From: Neoechinorhynchus agilis
Taxonomy: Eukaryota > Animalia > Acanthocephala
DNA: 64,000 bases
Assembly (NCBI GenBank): GCA_051530055.1
Contig: CM121341.1
Location: forward strand, 4,628,784 to 4,692,783
Direction: 5' to 3'
Shown here: in pieces, positions 37,085 through 48,311 of the stretch
How positions within the stretch are numbered: the stretch's first letter is position 1
Layout: every line of letters begins with the position of its first letter
Position numbers and translations under genes: made by a program
Notes under the pieces: model-generated
The model's database searches: none
Told to the model about the DNA's origin: nothing
Seen by the model: the letters and a program-made list of their open reading frames with translations, nothing else

Positions 37085-37612
37085 CTCTCTCCCGAGAAAG
37101 AGGTTGCGGTTCCCTCGACAACCAATTTATTCTGTTTGATGCAATCTAACCACCGTTTCCTCGTCGGCGATTTCCCGTTATCTCCAATCTCTCCGTCCGG
37201 GTGAAGAACTTGCCCGTCGCACATAGGAGACGTCTTAGTTCTTTGGTTGATTCGGTTGTTAGTTGTCATTTGGATCAAAATTTGGCAAGAATTTGCAGCC
37301 AGGTGTCTTTCCTAATGCCAACCCTTTTCCTTTTTCAGCCAAGCTTGGGACCGTCCTTGGCGGAGTTAAAACAGTCTCCAATTTTTATTCTTCTCACGCA
37401 TTTTTCTCTCTCTCGAGAAAGGTTGCGGTTCCCTCGACATCCAATTTATTGTATTTGATGCAATCCAACCACCGTTTCCTCGTCGGCGATTTCCCGTTAT
37501 CTCCAGTCTCTCAGTCCGGGTGAAGAACTTGCCCGTCGCACATAGGAGACGTCTTAGTTCTTTGGTTGATTCGGTTGTTGGTTGTCATTTGGATCAAAAT
37601 TTAGCAAGAATT
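37085..37612 (-). mobile_element. Two tandem copies (~320 bp period) of an RTE-type 3' end
   Basis: Duplicated block at ~37085-37292 and ~37408-37612. The minus strand gives DGQVLHPD and GKSPTRKRWLDCIK, resembling RTE GHVLRR and GRPxKRWxDxI. Confidence 0.65.
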
Positions 37613-37829
37613 TTACATCCAGGTACCTCTCCTAACGCCAACCCTCGTCGCTGCACAGTATGTGATCTGCTTCGCACTTCGAAACTTTATCGTGCCAGCG
37701 CAACCTTCTTTGGACGATCAACTCTGAACAGCGGCAAGTGCCGAACAGCTCCCAAATACAGACGGATTACTTACCATTTTAAAACGCTTATTGCACAAAA
37801 GAGTTTGAATTTTCGGCGTTAAGCAATCC

Positions 37830-39440
37830 AGTAAGCAATGTTGATCCAAATCCTTGAGAGTGTACCCTGCTGCCCTTCTCATTTCGTTCATTTCTAATCT
37901 TCTGAGGTCGTCGTCCAAGTTTCTGCTCCATATAACATGGCTGGTCGCGCCACGGTCTCGAACACCAGCCCTTTCAGTTTCGGTGAGATCGTTTTGTCGC
38001 ATAGTACACTATACACCTTCCTCCAATTGAGCCACCGCTTCGAGCGAATTTGTCACATTTACTTCGCTACTTAGATATTTCACTGTTCTTCTCATCGTCA
38101 AATCAACACCTTCTAACTTTAGCGCTTCCGGTCTCATGCATATCGTCTTCAACCTGCTTACCTTAAGACCGTTGGCTTCCAATGTCTCACGCAACCCTTC
38201 CAGACTTCGCTGAGCCTCTTCAAGTGTTTCAGCTGTCACAATCAAGTCATCAGCGAACAATAGTGCCCATTGAAGTTTTCGGACGATTTGCTTAGAACCC
38301 AAGACATCCATGATAGTGACGAATAGGAACGGGCTGAGAGTTGATCACTGATGCAATCCAACTGTAACCTCAAAATAGTTTGTCTCTCCCACACTGTATC
38401 TGACACAAGTGCAGGATCCTTCTCACATGATTTGGATTGCTCTTATGTATTCCTCAGGATAGTTCTTCCTTCCGAGGCACGTCCATTCATCGGATGCACT
38501 GAATAGCGGTTTCTGTTTTTAATTGTACCTCTCAAGATCACTTCTGTTGTGCTCCGCCCTGACATAAAACCTCTCTGATGTTCTTCGATGCGGATCTCTT
38601 CTCTGAGTCTATTGTATAGAAGCATTTCATATAGTTTCATTGTGTGACTCATAAGCTTTATGCCCCTATAGTTACTGCATTGTTAAAAATCTCCTTTTTG
38701 TTTGTAGATCGGAAAACTACACTTCACCATGCTTCGGGCATGTTCCCGATTTGTGATATTCTTCGATATAAATTCGTCAACACTTGGATACCAAAACTGC
38801 CCAACGCTTTCCATATTTCGATCGGGATACCATCCGGTTCAACGCTTTTCCTTAATTTCATGCGTCCAAGCTGTCTCGCAAGTTCGCTGTAGGAGAACGG
38901 CCGCACTGCATTCGCGCATGGTGGCGCAACCCTGCTGGGTTGTCGCAGACTCTCTGTATTCAGGAGTTTATCGGAACACTGTCGCCATCTTAGAAGAACC
39001 TCGTTTTGGTTTAACAACGTAATTCCCGACGAATCTTTGATCCTTTTGATACTGGAAATATCCTGATCTTTCCACCCCCATTTCCTTTTCTAGTGCCTCA
39101 TAGATCTCTTTATCCGCCTCTCCCTTTGCCATCACGCATTCCCTTCTCGCATTTTTCTTTTCCTGCTTGAAGCCCTTATGAGATGCTTCGAGCCTGGTCC
39201 CATACCTTCTTAGCATCTCGCTTTCGCCGTATCGCTTCTTTTACCCCTGGGTTCCACCACCATTTCTCTTTACCTGATGTCTGTCCAAGAATGGCTATTC
39301 CTTCCTCCGGAATTAGTTTTGATGATTCGTTCCACCGTATACATCTGGGTCGTCAACTTCCATTTTCAGATTACCTATTGGCGATTCACCGACGCGTTTT
39401 CGAAGCTCAGTATGGTTTAGCAACCACCACTTGATTCGAG
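37830..39440 (-). mobile_element. RTE-clade LINE, decayed RT region
   Basis: KEIYEALEK, EVLLRWRQ, KSVEPDGIPIEIWKALG, SHTMKLYEMLL..RLR, QRGFMSGRST, LLFADDLI, GLKVSRLKT, MRRAAGYTLKD. Confidence 0.88.
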
Positions 39441-39669
39441 GGCTCACTTCCCGGGCGCACCGTTTCCTCGAGTCGTCGACCGTCACCTTCCAGATCCGTC
39501 ATCGACTCTAAAGTGATCACGAGGACCCAGAGATACATGGGTCCTCTTCTTTCCTTTACGTGTGCTAATGGAACGGCGCAAGCGAAGCCGCAACGAACAA
39601 ACTACGACCGTCGGTTCGTAGCTCCCCAATCAGGATTGTGTGTTAGCCGGTTTGTGCAAGAGGAAAAGG

Positions 39670-39930
39670 TCCACAGTGAAGAATTGTGAGGCTTACAAAA
39701 TCGATTGCCTTGAGTGTGGAAAACAATATATAGGGCAAACTAAGCAAGGTTTGCACAAACCAGTGACCCAACATAAGTATACTTGCTGACGATTCGATCA
39801 TTCCTCCGCCATTTCGAATCGCGAACAAAACACCCAACACACAGGGTCGATTTTGAGGGCGCTTCGTTTCTGGCCACGGAACGATTTCTATCGCGGAAAT
39901 TGGTTTTAGAGGCGGTATATGTTGATTTTG
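39670..39930 (+). mobile_element. Penelope-like GIY-YIG endonuclease fragment
   Basis: AYKIDCLECGKQYIGQTKQ and HRVDFEGASFLATERFLSRKLVLEAVYV, with a stop and a frameshift. Confidence 0.75.
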
Positions 39931-39941
39931 TGGATCCCAGC

Positions 39942-42716
39942 GATCCCGAGCCATACAGAGCATTCGGAAATAGGCTAATGCAATCTATGTTTTGGTTTTT
40001 CAGATGACAATGTTTGAAAAGGTTTGGCCCACGAAATATTACAAAATAAAACTGATTCTCGGGGTGTGAATCACCACATGAGGAATACTTTTCACCCGAA
40101 TGTTATCATGAAGCGCTCCGATCCACGGGAATGACAACCCCGCGATCCCGAGCCATACAGAGCATTCGGAAATACGCTAATGCAATCTATGTTTTGGTTT
40201 TTCAGATGACAATGTTTGAAAAGGTTTGGCCCACGAAATATTACAAAATAAAACTGATTCTCGGGGTGTGAATCGCCACAAGAGGAATACTTTTCACCCG
40301 AATGTTATCATGAAGCGCTCCGATCCACGGGAATGACAACCCCGCGATCCCGAGCCATGCAGAGCAATCGGAAATAGGCTAATGCAATCTATGTTTCGGT
40401 TTTTCAGATGACAATGTTTGAAAAGGTTTGGCCAACGAAATATTACAAAATAAAACTGATTCTCGGGGTGTGAATCGCCACAAGAGGAATACTTTTCACC
40501 CGATGTTATCATGAAGCGCTCTGATCCACGGGAATGACAATCCACGCGATCCCGAGCCAAGCGGAGCAATCGGAAATAGGTTAATGCAATCTATGTTTCG
40601 GTTTTTCAGATGACAATCAATGTTTTAAAAGGTGCCCCACGAAATATTACAAAATAAAACTGAATCTCGGGGTGTGAATCGCCACAAGAGGAATACTTTT
40701 CACCCGAATGTCATCATGAAGCGCTCCGATCCACGGGAATGACAACCCCGCGATCCCGAGAAATGCAGAGCAATCGGAAATAGGCTAATGCAATCTATGT
40801 TTCGGTTTTTCAGATGATAATGTTTGAAAAGGTTTGGCCAACGAAATATTACAAAATAAAACTGATTCTCGGGGTGTGAATCGCCACAAGAGGAATACTT
40901 TTCACCCGAATGTTATCATGAAGCGCTCCGATCCACGGGAATGACAACCCCGCGATCCCGAGCCATACGGAGCAATCGGAAATAGGTTAATGCAATCTAT
41001 GTTTCGGTTTTTCAGATGGCAATGTTTGAAAAGGTTTGGCCCACGAAATATTACAAAATAAAACTGATTCTCGGGGTGTGAATCACCACATGAGGAATAC
41101 TTTTCACCCGAATGTCATCATGAAGCGCTCCGATCCACGGGAATGACAACCCCGCGATCCCGAGAAACGCAGAGCAATCGGAAATAGGCTAATGCAATCT
41201 ATGTTTCGGTTTTTCAGATGACAATGTTTGAAAAGGTTTGGCCAACGAAATATTACAAAATAAAACTGATTCTCGGGGTGTGAATCGCCACAAGAGGAAT
41301 ACTTTTAACCCGAATGTTATCATGAAGCGCTCCGATCCACGGGAATGACAACCCCGCGATCCCGAGAAATGCAGAGCAATCGGAAATAGGCTAATGCAAT
41401 CTATGTTTCGGTTTTTCAGATGATAATGTTTGAAAAGGTTTGGCCAACGAAATATTACAAAATAAAACTGATTCTCGGGGTGTGAATCGCCACAAGAGGA
41501 ATACTTTTCACCCGAATGTTATCATGAAGCGCTCCGATCCACGGGAATGACAACCCCGCGATCCCGAGCCATACGGAGCAATCGGAAATAGGTTAATGCA
41601 ATCTATGTTTCGGTTTTTCAGATGGCAATGTTTGAAAAGGTTTGGCCCACGAAATATTACAAAATAAAACTGATTCTCGGGGTGTGAATCACCACATGAG
41701 GAATACTTTTCACCCGAATGTCATCATGAAGCGCTCCGATCCACGGGAATGACAACCCCGCGATCCCGAGAAATGCAGAGCAATCGGAAATAGGTTAATG
41801 CAATCAATGTTTCGGTTTTTCAGATGACAATGTTTGAAAAGGTTTGGCCAACGAAATATTACAAAATAAAACTGATTCTCGGGGTGTGAATCGCCACAAG
41901 AGGAATACTTTTCACCCGAATGTTATCATGAAGCGCTCCGATCCACGGGAATGACAACCCCGCGATCCCGAGCCAAGCAGAGCAATCGGAAATAGGCTAA
42001 TGCAATCTATGTTTCGGTTTTTCAGATGACAATGTTTGAAAAGGTTTGGCCCACGAAATATTACAAAATAAAACTGATTCTCGGGGTGTGAATCACCACA
42101 TGAGGAATACTTTTCACCCGAATGTCATCATGAAGCGCTCCGATCCACGGGAATGACAACCCCGCGATCCCGAGAAATGCAGAGCAATCGGAAATAGGCT
42201 AATGCAATCTATGTTTCGGTTTTTCAGATGACAATGTTTGAAAAGGTTTGGCCCACGAAATATTACAAAATAAAACTGATTCTCGTGGTGTGAATCGCCA
42301 CAACAGGAATACTTTTCACCCGAATGTTATCATGAAGCGCTCCGATCCATGGAACAGACAACCCGCGATCCCGAGCCACATGCAGAGCAATCGGAAATAG
42401 GCTAATGCAATCTATGTTTCGGTTTTTCAGATGACAATGTTTGAAAAGGTTTGGCCCATGAAATATTACAAAATAAAACTGATTCTCGGGGTGTGAATCA
42501 CCACATGAGGAATACTTTTCACCCGAATGTTATCATGAAGCGCTCCGATCCACGGGAATGACAACCCCGCGATCCCGAGCCATACGGAGCAATCGGAAAT
42601 AGGCTAATGCAATCTATGTTTCGGTTTTTCAGATGACAATGTTTGAAAAGGTTTGGCCAACGAAATATTACAAAATAAAACTGATTCTCGGGGTGTAAAT
42701 CGCCACAAGAGGAATA
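39942..42716. repeat. Satellite array, ~202 bp monomer, ~13.7 copies
   Basis: cgatcccgag recurs at 39942, 40143, 40345 and so on; monomers are highly similar. Confidence 0.97.
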
Positions 42717-42770
42717 ACCGTGTTTAATGATGACCATGGAAGAATCTCAACTCTTCATCTTATTTCGAAG

Positions 42771-43140
42771 ATCGCGAATCTCTATTTTTTCAATCACCAA
42801 ACAAAATATTCTTCACTAATTCGTTTTTGATGTGATTTGGAGTTAAAATAGAGATTAATTCTATTTTAATATTTCGTCCGTCTCGTCGGACTTTTCGTAT
42901 TCTTTTTTGCTGTAGATACTCAAAGGATCACGAATCTCTATTTTTTCAATCACCAAATATAATATCCTTCAATAATTCGTTTTGGATGTGATTTAGAATA
43001 AAAATAGAGATTAATTTTGAATTAATTCCCAATATTTCGTCCGTCTCGTCGGACTTTTCGTATTCTTTTTTGCTGTGGATATTGAAAGGATCGCGAATCT
43101 CTATTTTCTCAATCACCGAACAAAATACCTTTCATGAATT
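42771..43140. repeat. Tandem repeat, ~160 bp, ~2.3 copies
   Basis: gatc(g/a)cgaatctctatttt at ~42771, ~42927, ~43089. Confidence 0.85.
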
Positions 43141-43297
43141 CGTTTGGTTCCTCTAATTTGACTAATAAAATGTGAAAATCCGAGAAAATCATCAACAATT
43201 CAAGTTGAATTTTGAACATGTTATTCAAATCAAATGCATTCTCGTCATCTTTTTGAGGAGGATTTCGAGACGAATTCCACCAGCTATTTTAGAATAG

Positions 43298-43855
43298 ATG
43301 GATTCCCGAAATAGAAGTCGTCGTTCGTCCAAGTCAAGTGGCAAAAGGAACAATCGACAAGGGAAAAAGACGGCTGTATCGCAGGGTAGTCATTCGTTGT
43401 ACCATCAAGTCCGAATGTTTGCGAATCAAATTGGTCTGAAAAGCGAATGGAAGATTTTGCGTGGTGGTGATGATGAGTTCTTAGGAAATCCACAGAAGCG
43501 AAAAAGTTCATTAGTTGACGATCAACCACTACACGAGACCAAAATATTTGAATCGTTCGAATATTTGAAACATCCTAGTACTTTTGATCTAGAATTGGAA
43601 TTCCAAAAAAAAGGACAAATCGATTCGGATGTATTTTGGAGCACGATTCCCAATACCCGGTATGAATTCAGTAATACGGAGGAAGCACTTTTGGACCGAC
43701 CTAAAAATGCTTGTTTAAGTTTGGACACCTTACGTGAGATGAATTTCTCCGAATGGAGAAAGGATGATGCAAAATATCTTAAGATGCTCCGAATTAAGTA
43801 TTCTCAATGTACCGACTTTATGCTCGATATGTTATCGATAGCTAAACAGAAATAA
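43298..43855 (+). CDS. Hypothetical 185 aa protein with a basic N-terminus
   Basis: Intronless ORF, aataaa ~40 nt after the stop, convergent with the H1-like gene. Confidence 0.5.
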   Translation: MDSRNRSRRSSKSSGKRNNRQGKKTAVSQGSHSLYHQVRMFANQIGLKSEWKILRGGDDEFLGNPQKRKSSLVDDQPLHETKIFESFEYLKHPSTFDLELEFQKKGQIDSDVFWSTIPNTRYEFSNTEEALLDRPKNACLSLDTLREMNFSEWRKDDAKYLKMLRIKYSQCTDFMLDMLSIAKQK

Positions 43856-43968
43856 GCCAAAAAACAATTTGGTGTTGTGTTATCAATAACCCATTAATAA
43901 AAATTAAGGGATCTTTTGTAACCTCTTTATTTTTATCAATCATTTTTTGTAATCAAAAAGTTTTAAAA

Positions 43969-45231
43969 CTAAATCGAAGCTTCTAAACCAAGTGACGTAG
44001 TATTCTCCGAGTTCTCAATATTTGCCGAATTAGGTTCATCGGTTGCTTTAATGATTTCAACTGAGAATGCTTGATCGCTTTTTTGAACCTTTTTATTGTT
44101 TGAGACTCCTTCTCCGGTTTCAGTTTTGTTCATCTCATTTAAGTCCTTATTTTCCACTTCAATTTTTTTAGCTCGCTTGGGATTTGTAACTTTTAGTGTT
44201 TTCTTCGTACGTTTCCTGGTTTCTATTGAACGAACCGGCGCTTTAGTCTTTTTTTGCTTACTGGTTGCTTTTCGTGTTCTTTTCTCAGGAGATTTCTTTA
44301 CTGTTCTTTTAACGCGTCTCACTGAAGTTTTTGGACTCGCTCTTTTCTTAACTTTTGACTTCGGCGCTGCTTTGCGAACAACCTTCTTAGCTTTTCTCAA
44401 TGGAGCTTTCTTTGACTTCGCAATTTTCCTCTTTCCTTTCGGTTTGACAGCGTTCTCGGACACTGCATTGCTTCCAATCTTTTTAATGATTCTCTTCTCA
44501 GGTTTCTCCTTCTTTTTCGCCTTTTCTCGAACTTTCATCTTACTAATTTTATCTTCACCTTTCGGCTGCAGTTTTATTCCCGGAGCACAACGGTTTCTCA
44601 ATTTCGGTCCAATCTTTAACGTTCCACCGTCACCTCTCAAGAGAGTTTTTCCCTCAACGCATCGGTCGATTGTGAATTTAAGGCGGTTGCGTAGTTGAAT
44701 CTTCGATACTCCTTCTTCTTTTAAACACGCCAATAATTCCTGTATAATTTCAGATTCTTTGATAGCAGTTTGACCATTTGCTTCTCTCCCAAGGACCGCC
44801 CTCTTGACCATACAACCCAAAGCTCTTCTTTGAGTCTTGTAATTTGGAACGTTGTTCGGGTCGCAGCCAAGTTTCTTCACTGAATCCATTTTGTCGATTT
44901 TACGCGTTGAGATCCGCTTAATCGGTGGAGATGGTTTTTCCCGGGAACTCTTTGAAGCCCGTTTAGTATTTGTTCCTTTATCCATTTTCACTTCTGAACA
45001 ACTTACATTTTCTTTAGCATCAACTTTCTTCGCTATTCGCCGTCTTCTCCTCGGAGCCGTCTTTTCTTGTGGAGATTTTTTCGTGGATTTCTTAGAAGTC
45101 TGATTCCTTTCTTTACTTTTCGGCTGCTTCCTTCGCTCCTCTACAATGCGTCCATCACCAAAAACTTCCTCACATAAAGAAGGAAACCGTTCACAGCACT
45201 CACGAAGAGCTTTAGGAATGGACCGGGGCAT
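43969..45231 (-). CDS. Lysine/arginine-rich histone H1-like protein (divergent winged-helix domain)
   Basis: Central MVKRAV..ESEIIQEL..RLKFTIDRCVEGKTLLRGDGGTLKIG resembles the H15 globular domain, flanked by long K/R/A/P-rich tails with SPxK-like motifs. Confidence 0.65.
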   Translation of the reverse strand: MPRSIPKALRECCERFPSLCEEVFGDGRIVEERRKQPKSKERNQTSKKSTKKSPQEKTAPRRRRRIAKKVDAKENVSCSEVKMDKGTNTKRASKSSREKPSPPIKRISTRKIDKMDSVKKLGCDPNNVPNYKTQRRALGCMVKRAVLGREANGQTAIKESEIIQELLACLKEEGVSKIQLRNRLKFTIDRCVEGKTLLRGDGGTLKIGPKLRNRCAPGIKLQPKGEDKISKMKVREKAKKKEKPEKRIIKKIGSNAVSENAVKPKGKRKIAKSKKAPLRKAKKVVRKAAPKSKVKKRASPKTSVRRVKRTVKKSPEKRTRKATSKQKKTKAPVRSIETRKRTKKTLKVTNPKRAKKIEVENKDLNEMNKTETGEGVSNNKKVQKSDQAFSVEIIKATDEPNSANIENSENTTSLGLEASI

Positions 45232-46037
45232 GGATTTACAAGAATAAACGCACCCAAATTTGGTAGAACGAATTCAATGATTTGCAATTGTGGAATTTTT
45301 CATTGCCTTTGATTGCCATAGTAACGCAGAATTTGCATTCAATTTCTGCGAGTTTATAAAGATTAAAAGAGCGCATTTCACTTATTTTAAAACGCACGAA
45401 TTTTTAAAAACACAACCAAGAAGTTTGAATCGATTGTAGAATGTTAAATTACCAAAGATACAAAATCGTTCTTTATCCTTCCTCCAGTCGCTAAGGTTTT
45501 ATTGAGCTTGTAGATTGAACTCCTTGCGGCCGTCTGACCCGAAGTCGAGCGTTGCCTTTTCCGATTACTCCCTACAATGAACCCCTTCCTACCCGGTGGG
45601 GTTACCAGGACCCAGCCCGTCAAATCTCAGAGTAATCGAATCTTCTATTGAACTTTATATACATTAAATAGTAATGTTTTAAACTCTTTGTTTTAGATGT
45701 ATAATGTAGAAACTTTTAATGTGGAAAAAACGATAGCGACGACGACCTGCGCGAACTTTACGTCTTTGATCAATACAATGAGGTCAGAGAGCCAAAGCTG
45801 TCGGCGAAGATACCTGAATTTCTACCGGTTAAAATGGCTATTGGGCCATCGCTCAGTTTCTTCTACAACTGCGGGCCATCGCTCAGTTTCTTCTACAACT
45901 GCATGCCATACCGTCTCTTTCCATACCGACCATGTTTGTGCGCGAGAAACGATGAAAACTAAATTTTTTCTATCGGTATCGTTTCCATGGATTCAACGTT
46001 CAATCGAGATTAATATGAACTTTATGGTGTCATATCA

Positions 46038-47924
46038 ATGAATAGCAATCGTCAAATAATATTATCACCATGTCAAGTAAAAGATGATGGTATTATACAT
46101 TTCAAGAACCAAGACTATCACGAATTGGTCAAGGAATGTGTTCGGAAAAAGCATCTCTTTAAAGATGAGTTTTTCCTTCCAGAAATGACTCTTGCGGGTC
46201 AATGTCTTCAACTTAAGTATACTGAAAAGATTATATGGCGCCGGCCTTCAGAGGTATGCGAAAATCCAGTGTTTTTGGTGGAGAAATCTCCTTTTGGACT
46301 GACTCAGAGCACACAGATATACAATTGTTGGTTTGTAACCGTTCTTGTGGCCGTAATGGACAAACCCCAAATTCTCCGCCATACAACACCTCCTAACCAA
46401 TCTTTTTCTGGATCTGCATACTGCGGAATATTCCGGTTCCGTTTCTACCAACAGAATCATGAAGTCGAGGTTGTCGTAGACGACCGATTACCATTCATTA
46501 AGAACACTGCATTGGTAGATGAACCTTTGAGACCTCTTGGAGTTCACAATGCGTACAAAAAGAGCGATTTCTGGGCAGCTTTGTTTGAGAAAGCTTACGC
46601 AAAATTGTATGGTTCGTATTGTGGAATTCATCTCGGACACGAGCATGAAGCCTTTAATGACATCGCTTCAGGAGTGACTGAACGAATCAAATTTGCCGGA
46701 ACACCTGAGATGGAGAATTTCATTTGTTATCATTTGATTAAAACTTTTAAATTAGGTGGTATGGTCACCGCCTCGACCAGTGGAGTTGATCAAGACATTC
46801 GACAAAATAGACTCGTGAATAACCATTCGTATACTATTTTAGGAATTGAATTACTAAACTCCGAGTACATAATACTTACACGAAATCCTTGGAACGTTCA
46901 ATTGTATGTGTGGAACGATCGATTTAGTTGGTCTGATCCGATTTGGCATACTCTTAATTCGGAGCAACGAGCAAGGCTAAAATTCGCAGATCATTGCGGA
47001 ACGAGTACGGTATGGATGCCTATGAAGAATTTTATTGAACAGTTTGACGCCATTGAATTGTGGCATCAATCTCCGTCAGGTTATACTGCAAATTTGAATT
47101 TTCAAGACATAAGCCACGACAATTGGATCGTTTCTCAGTTTTATGGAACATGGGTTAAAGACTTAAAGATCAATGGAGAGACTTATGTTTCAGAAGATCT
47201 TACGCCAAGACTCATGTTTAAACTCTCAAGTGGAAAACAAGTAGCCGTTCATGCAGTTTTAACTCAACTTTACGGACGACACCGAAGTAGTTTGATGTCT
47301 ATTCCAAATGTACGAAATTTTATTCGTCTTGATCTATATCGAAATCGTCTTCCATCTGAAAAATCACTAAAATTGATTCCATTCAATGATGTTATGGATT
47401 CTAAAGTTATCGGTTCAAGCGGACCTTTTACAAATCTCATTTACGTGTCCTTGTTCGTTGAATTGGATCCTGGAGTTTATTCGTTTGCTTGTGAAGTTGG
47501 TGATCTTCAATACGATCGAGAGTACATGTTAACTCTAAAAACGTCCAGTTCGATTGAAATTGTAAATATTATGGACTATTGGAAACCGGGGAGTCCTTCT
47601 CTTACTTTATTAAATTGCGAAAAACTTTCTAAAAGACATACAAACAATCTTCGGTCGGGAAGTGCACTTACAAAGTATCGAGAGCCGGAATTGACAAATG
47701 TAACCGAAAATCAAAATGAAGTGACTGATAACAAAGAGAATGATATCCACGCTGGTTTTACATTGGACGAAGAATCATTTTCGGACTCGGACGAAATAGA
47801 CGATTATTCTGAAGAACAATCCAATAATTCTGGTTTATTTGGACGCGTTGCAAAGTTCTTTGATGTCGTGGGAGATATTGCGAGATATTGTTGCTGCATT
47901 AGAAAGCCCTCAAGAGAATACTGA
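46038..47924 (+). CDS. Atypical calpain (CysPc + domain III, no EF-hands)
   Basis: WRRPSE, Q..YNCW (Cys), GIFRFRFY, VVVDDRLP, FWAALFEKAYAKLYGSY, NHSYTI (His), RNPWN (Asn), VSQFYGTW. Confidence 0.92.
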   Translation: MNSNRQIILSPCQVKDDGIIHFKNQDYHELVKECVRKKHLFKDEFFLPEMTLAGQCLQLKYTEKIIWRRPSEVCENPVFLVEKSPFGLTQSTQIYNCWFVTVLVAVMDKPQILRHTTPPNQSFSGSAYCGIFRFRFYQQNHEVEVVVDDRLPFIKNTALVDEPLRPLGVHNAYKKSDFWAALFEKAYAKLYGSYCGIHLGHEHEAFNDIASGVTERIKFAGTPEMENFICYHLIKTFKLGGMVTASTSGVDQDIRQNRLVNNHSYTILGIELLNSEYIILTRNPWNVQLYVWNDRFSWSDPIWHTLNSEQRARLKFADHCGTSTVWMPMKNFIEQFDAIELWHQSPSGYTANLNFQDISHDNWIVSQFYGTWVKDLKINGETYVSEDLTPRLMFKLSSGKQVAVHAVLTQLYGRHRSSLMSIPNVRNFIRLDLYRNRLPSEKSLKLIPFNDVMDSKVIGSSGPFTNLIYVSLFVELDPGVYSFACEVGDLQYDREYMLTLKTSSSIEIVNIMDYWKPGSPSLTLLNCEKLSKRHTNNLRSGSALTKYREPELTNVTENQNEVTDNKENDIHAGFTLDEESFSDSDEIDDYSEEQSNNSGLFGRVAKFFDVVGDIARYCCCIRKPSREY

Positions 47925-48159
47925 TTTTTCGCATTACTACGCGATTGGGCCTCGAAAAACGATTGGAAAACCCCTATCTACTGTTATTATCGATCTTTGT
48001 GTCGATAAAAATGTACGAATTGTGCAATCATACAAGTGAACACTCTATGCATGACGACCGGCGAAAATTTTATGGCCAAGATATGTTTAGATACGCAGAT
48101 ATTGCCCGGAAAAGCGTCCGAGGGACGTTTATGGGTTCTCCACCAAGCAAATCGGGATG

Positions 48160-48255
48160 CCAAATGAAGGAAGCGATCAAATAAACTTTACTTAGAGGAT
48201 GAACGCAGCGGCTGTCCAGCGAGGGAACGTCGTAAACATTACGGAAACGATCTAA
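48160..48255 (+). mobile_element. Old CRE-type RLE 3' remnant, repeated at ~50,480-50,572
   Basis: ~90 bp direct repeat encoding AAVQRGNVVNITETI (cf. LAVQRGNAAS). Confidence 0.55.
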
Positions 48256-48311
48256 AAGGCGTTCGGCAAATGAGGGATGATTATGCTGAAAAATCAAAGT
48301 AGATTCTAAAG

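Noticed and set aside
39942-42716. CRISPR array or hammerhead satellite
   Set aside because: Eukaryotic context; whole monomers repeat with no unique spacers. CUGAUUC is not a valid core and stem II does not form.
42860-42900. GUCC..GGAC-GAAA hairpin on the minus strand of the ~160 bp repeat
   Set aside because: No CUGANGA upstream and no valid stem III/UH.
44096-44698. 200 aa hydrophobic ORF on the + strand
   Set aside because: Antisense shadow of the lysine-rich H1-like gene (AAA/AAG codons read as Phe/Leu).
45843-45902. 30 bp perfect tandem duplication upstream of calpain
   Set aside because: Ordinary slippage with no further structure; the surrounding 114 aa ORF is unsupported.
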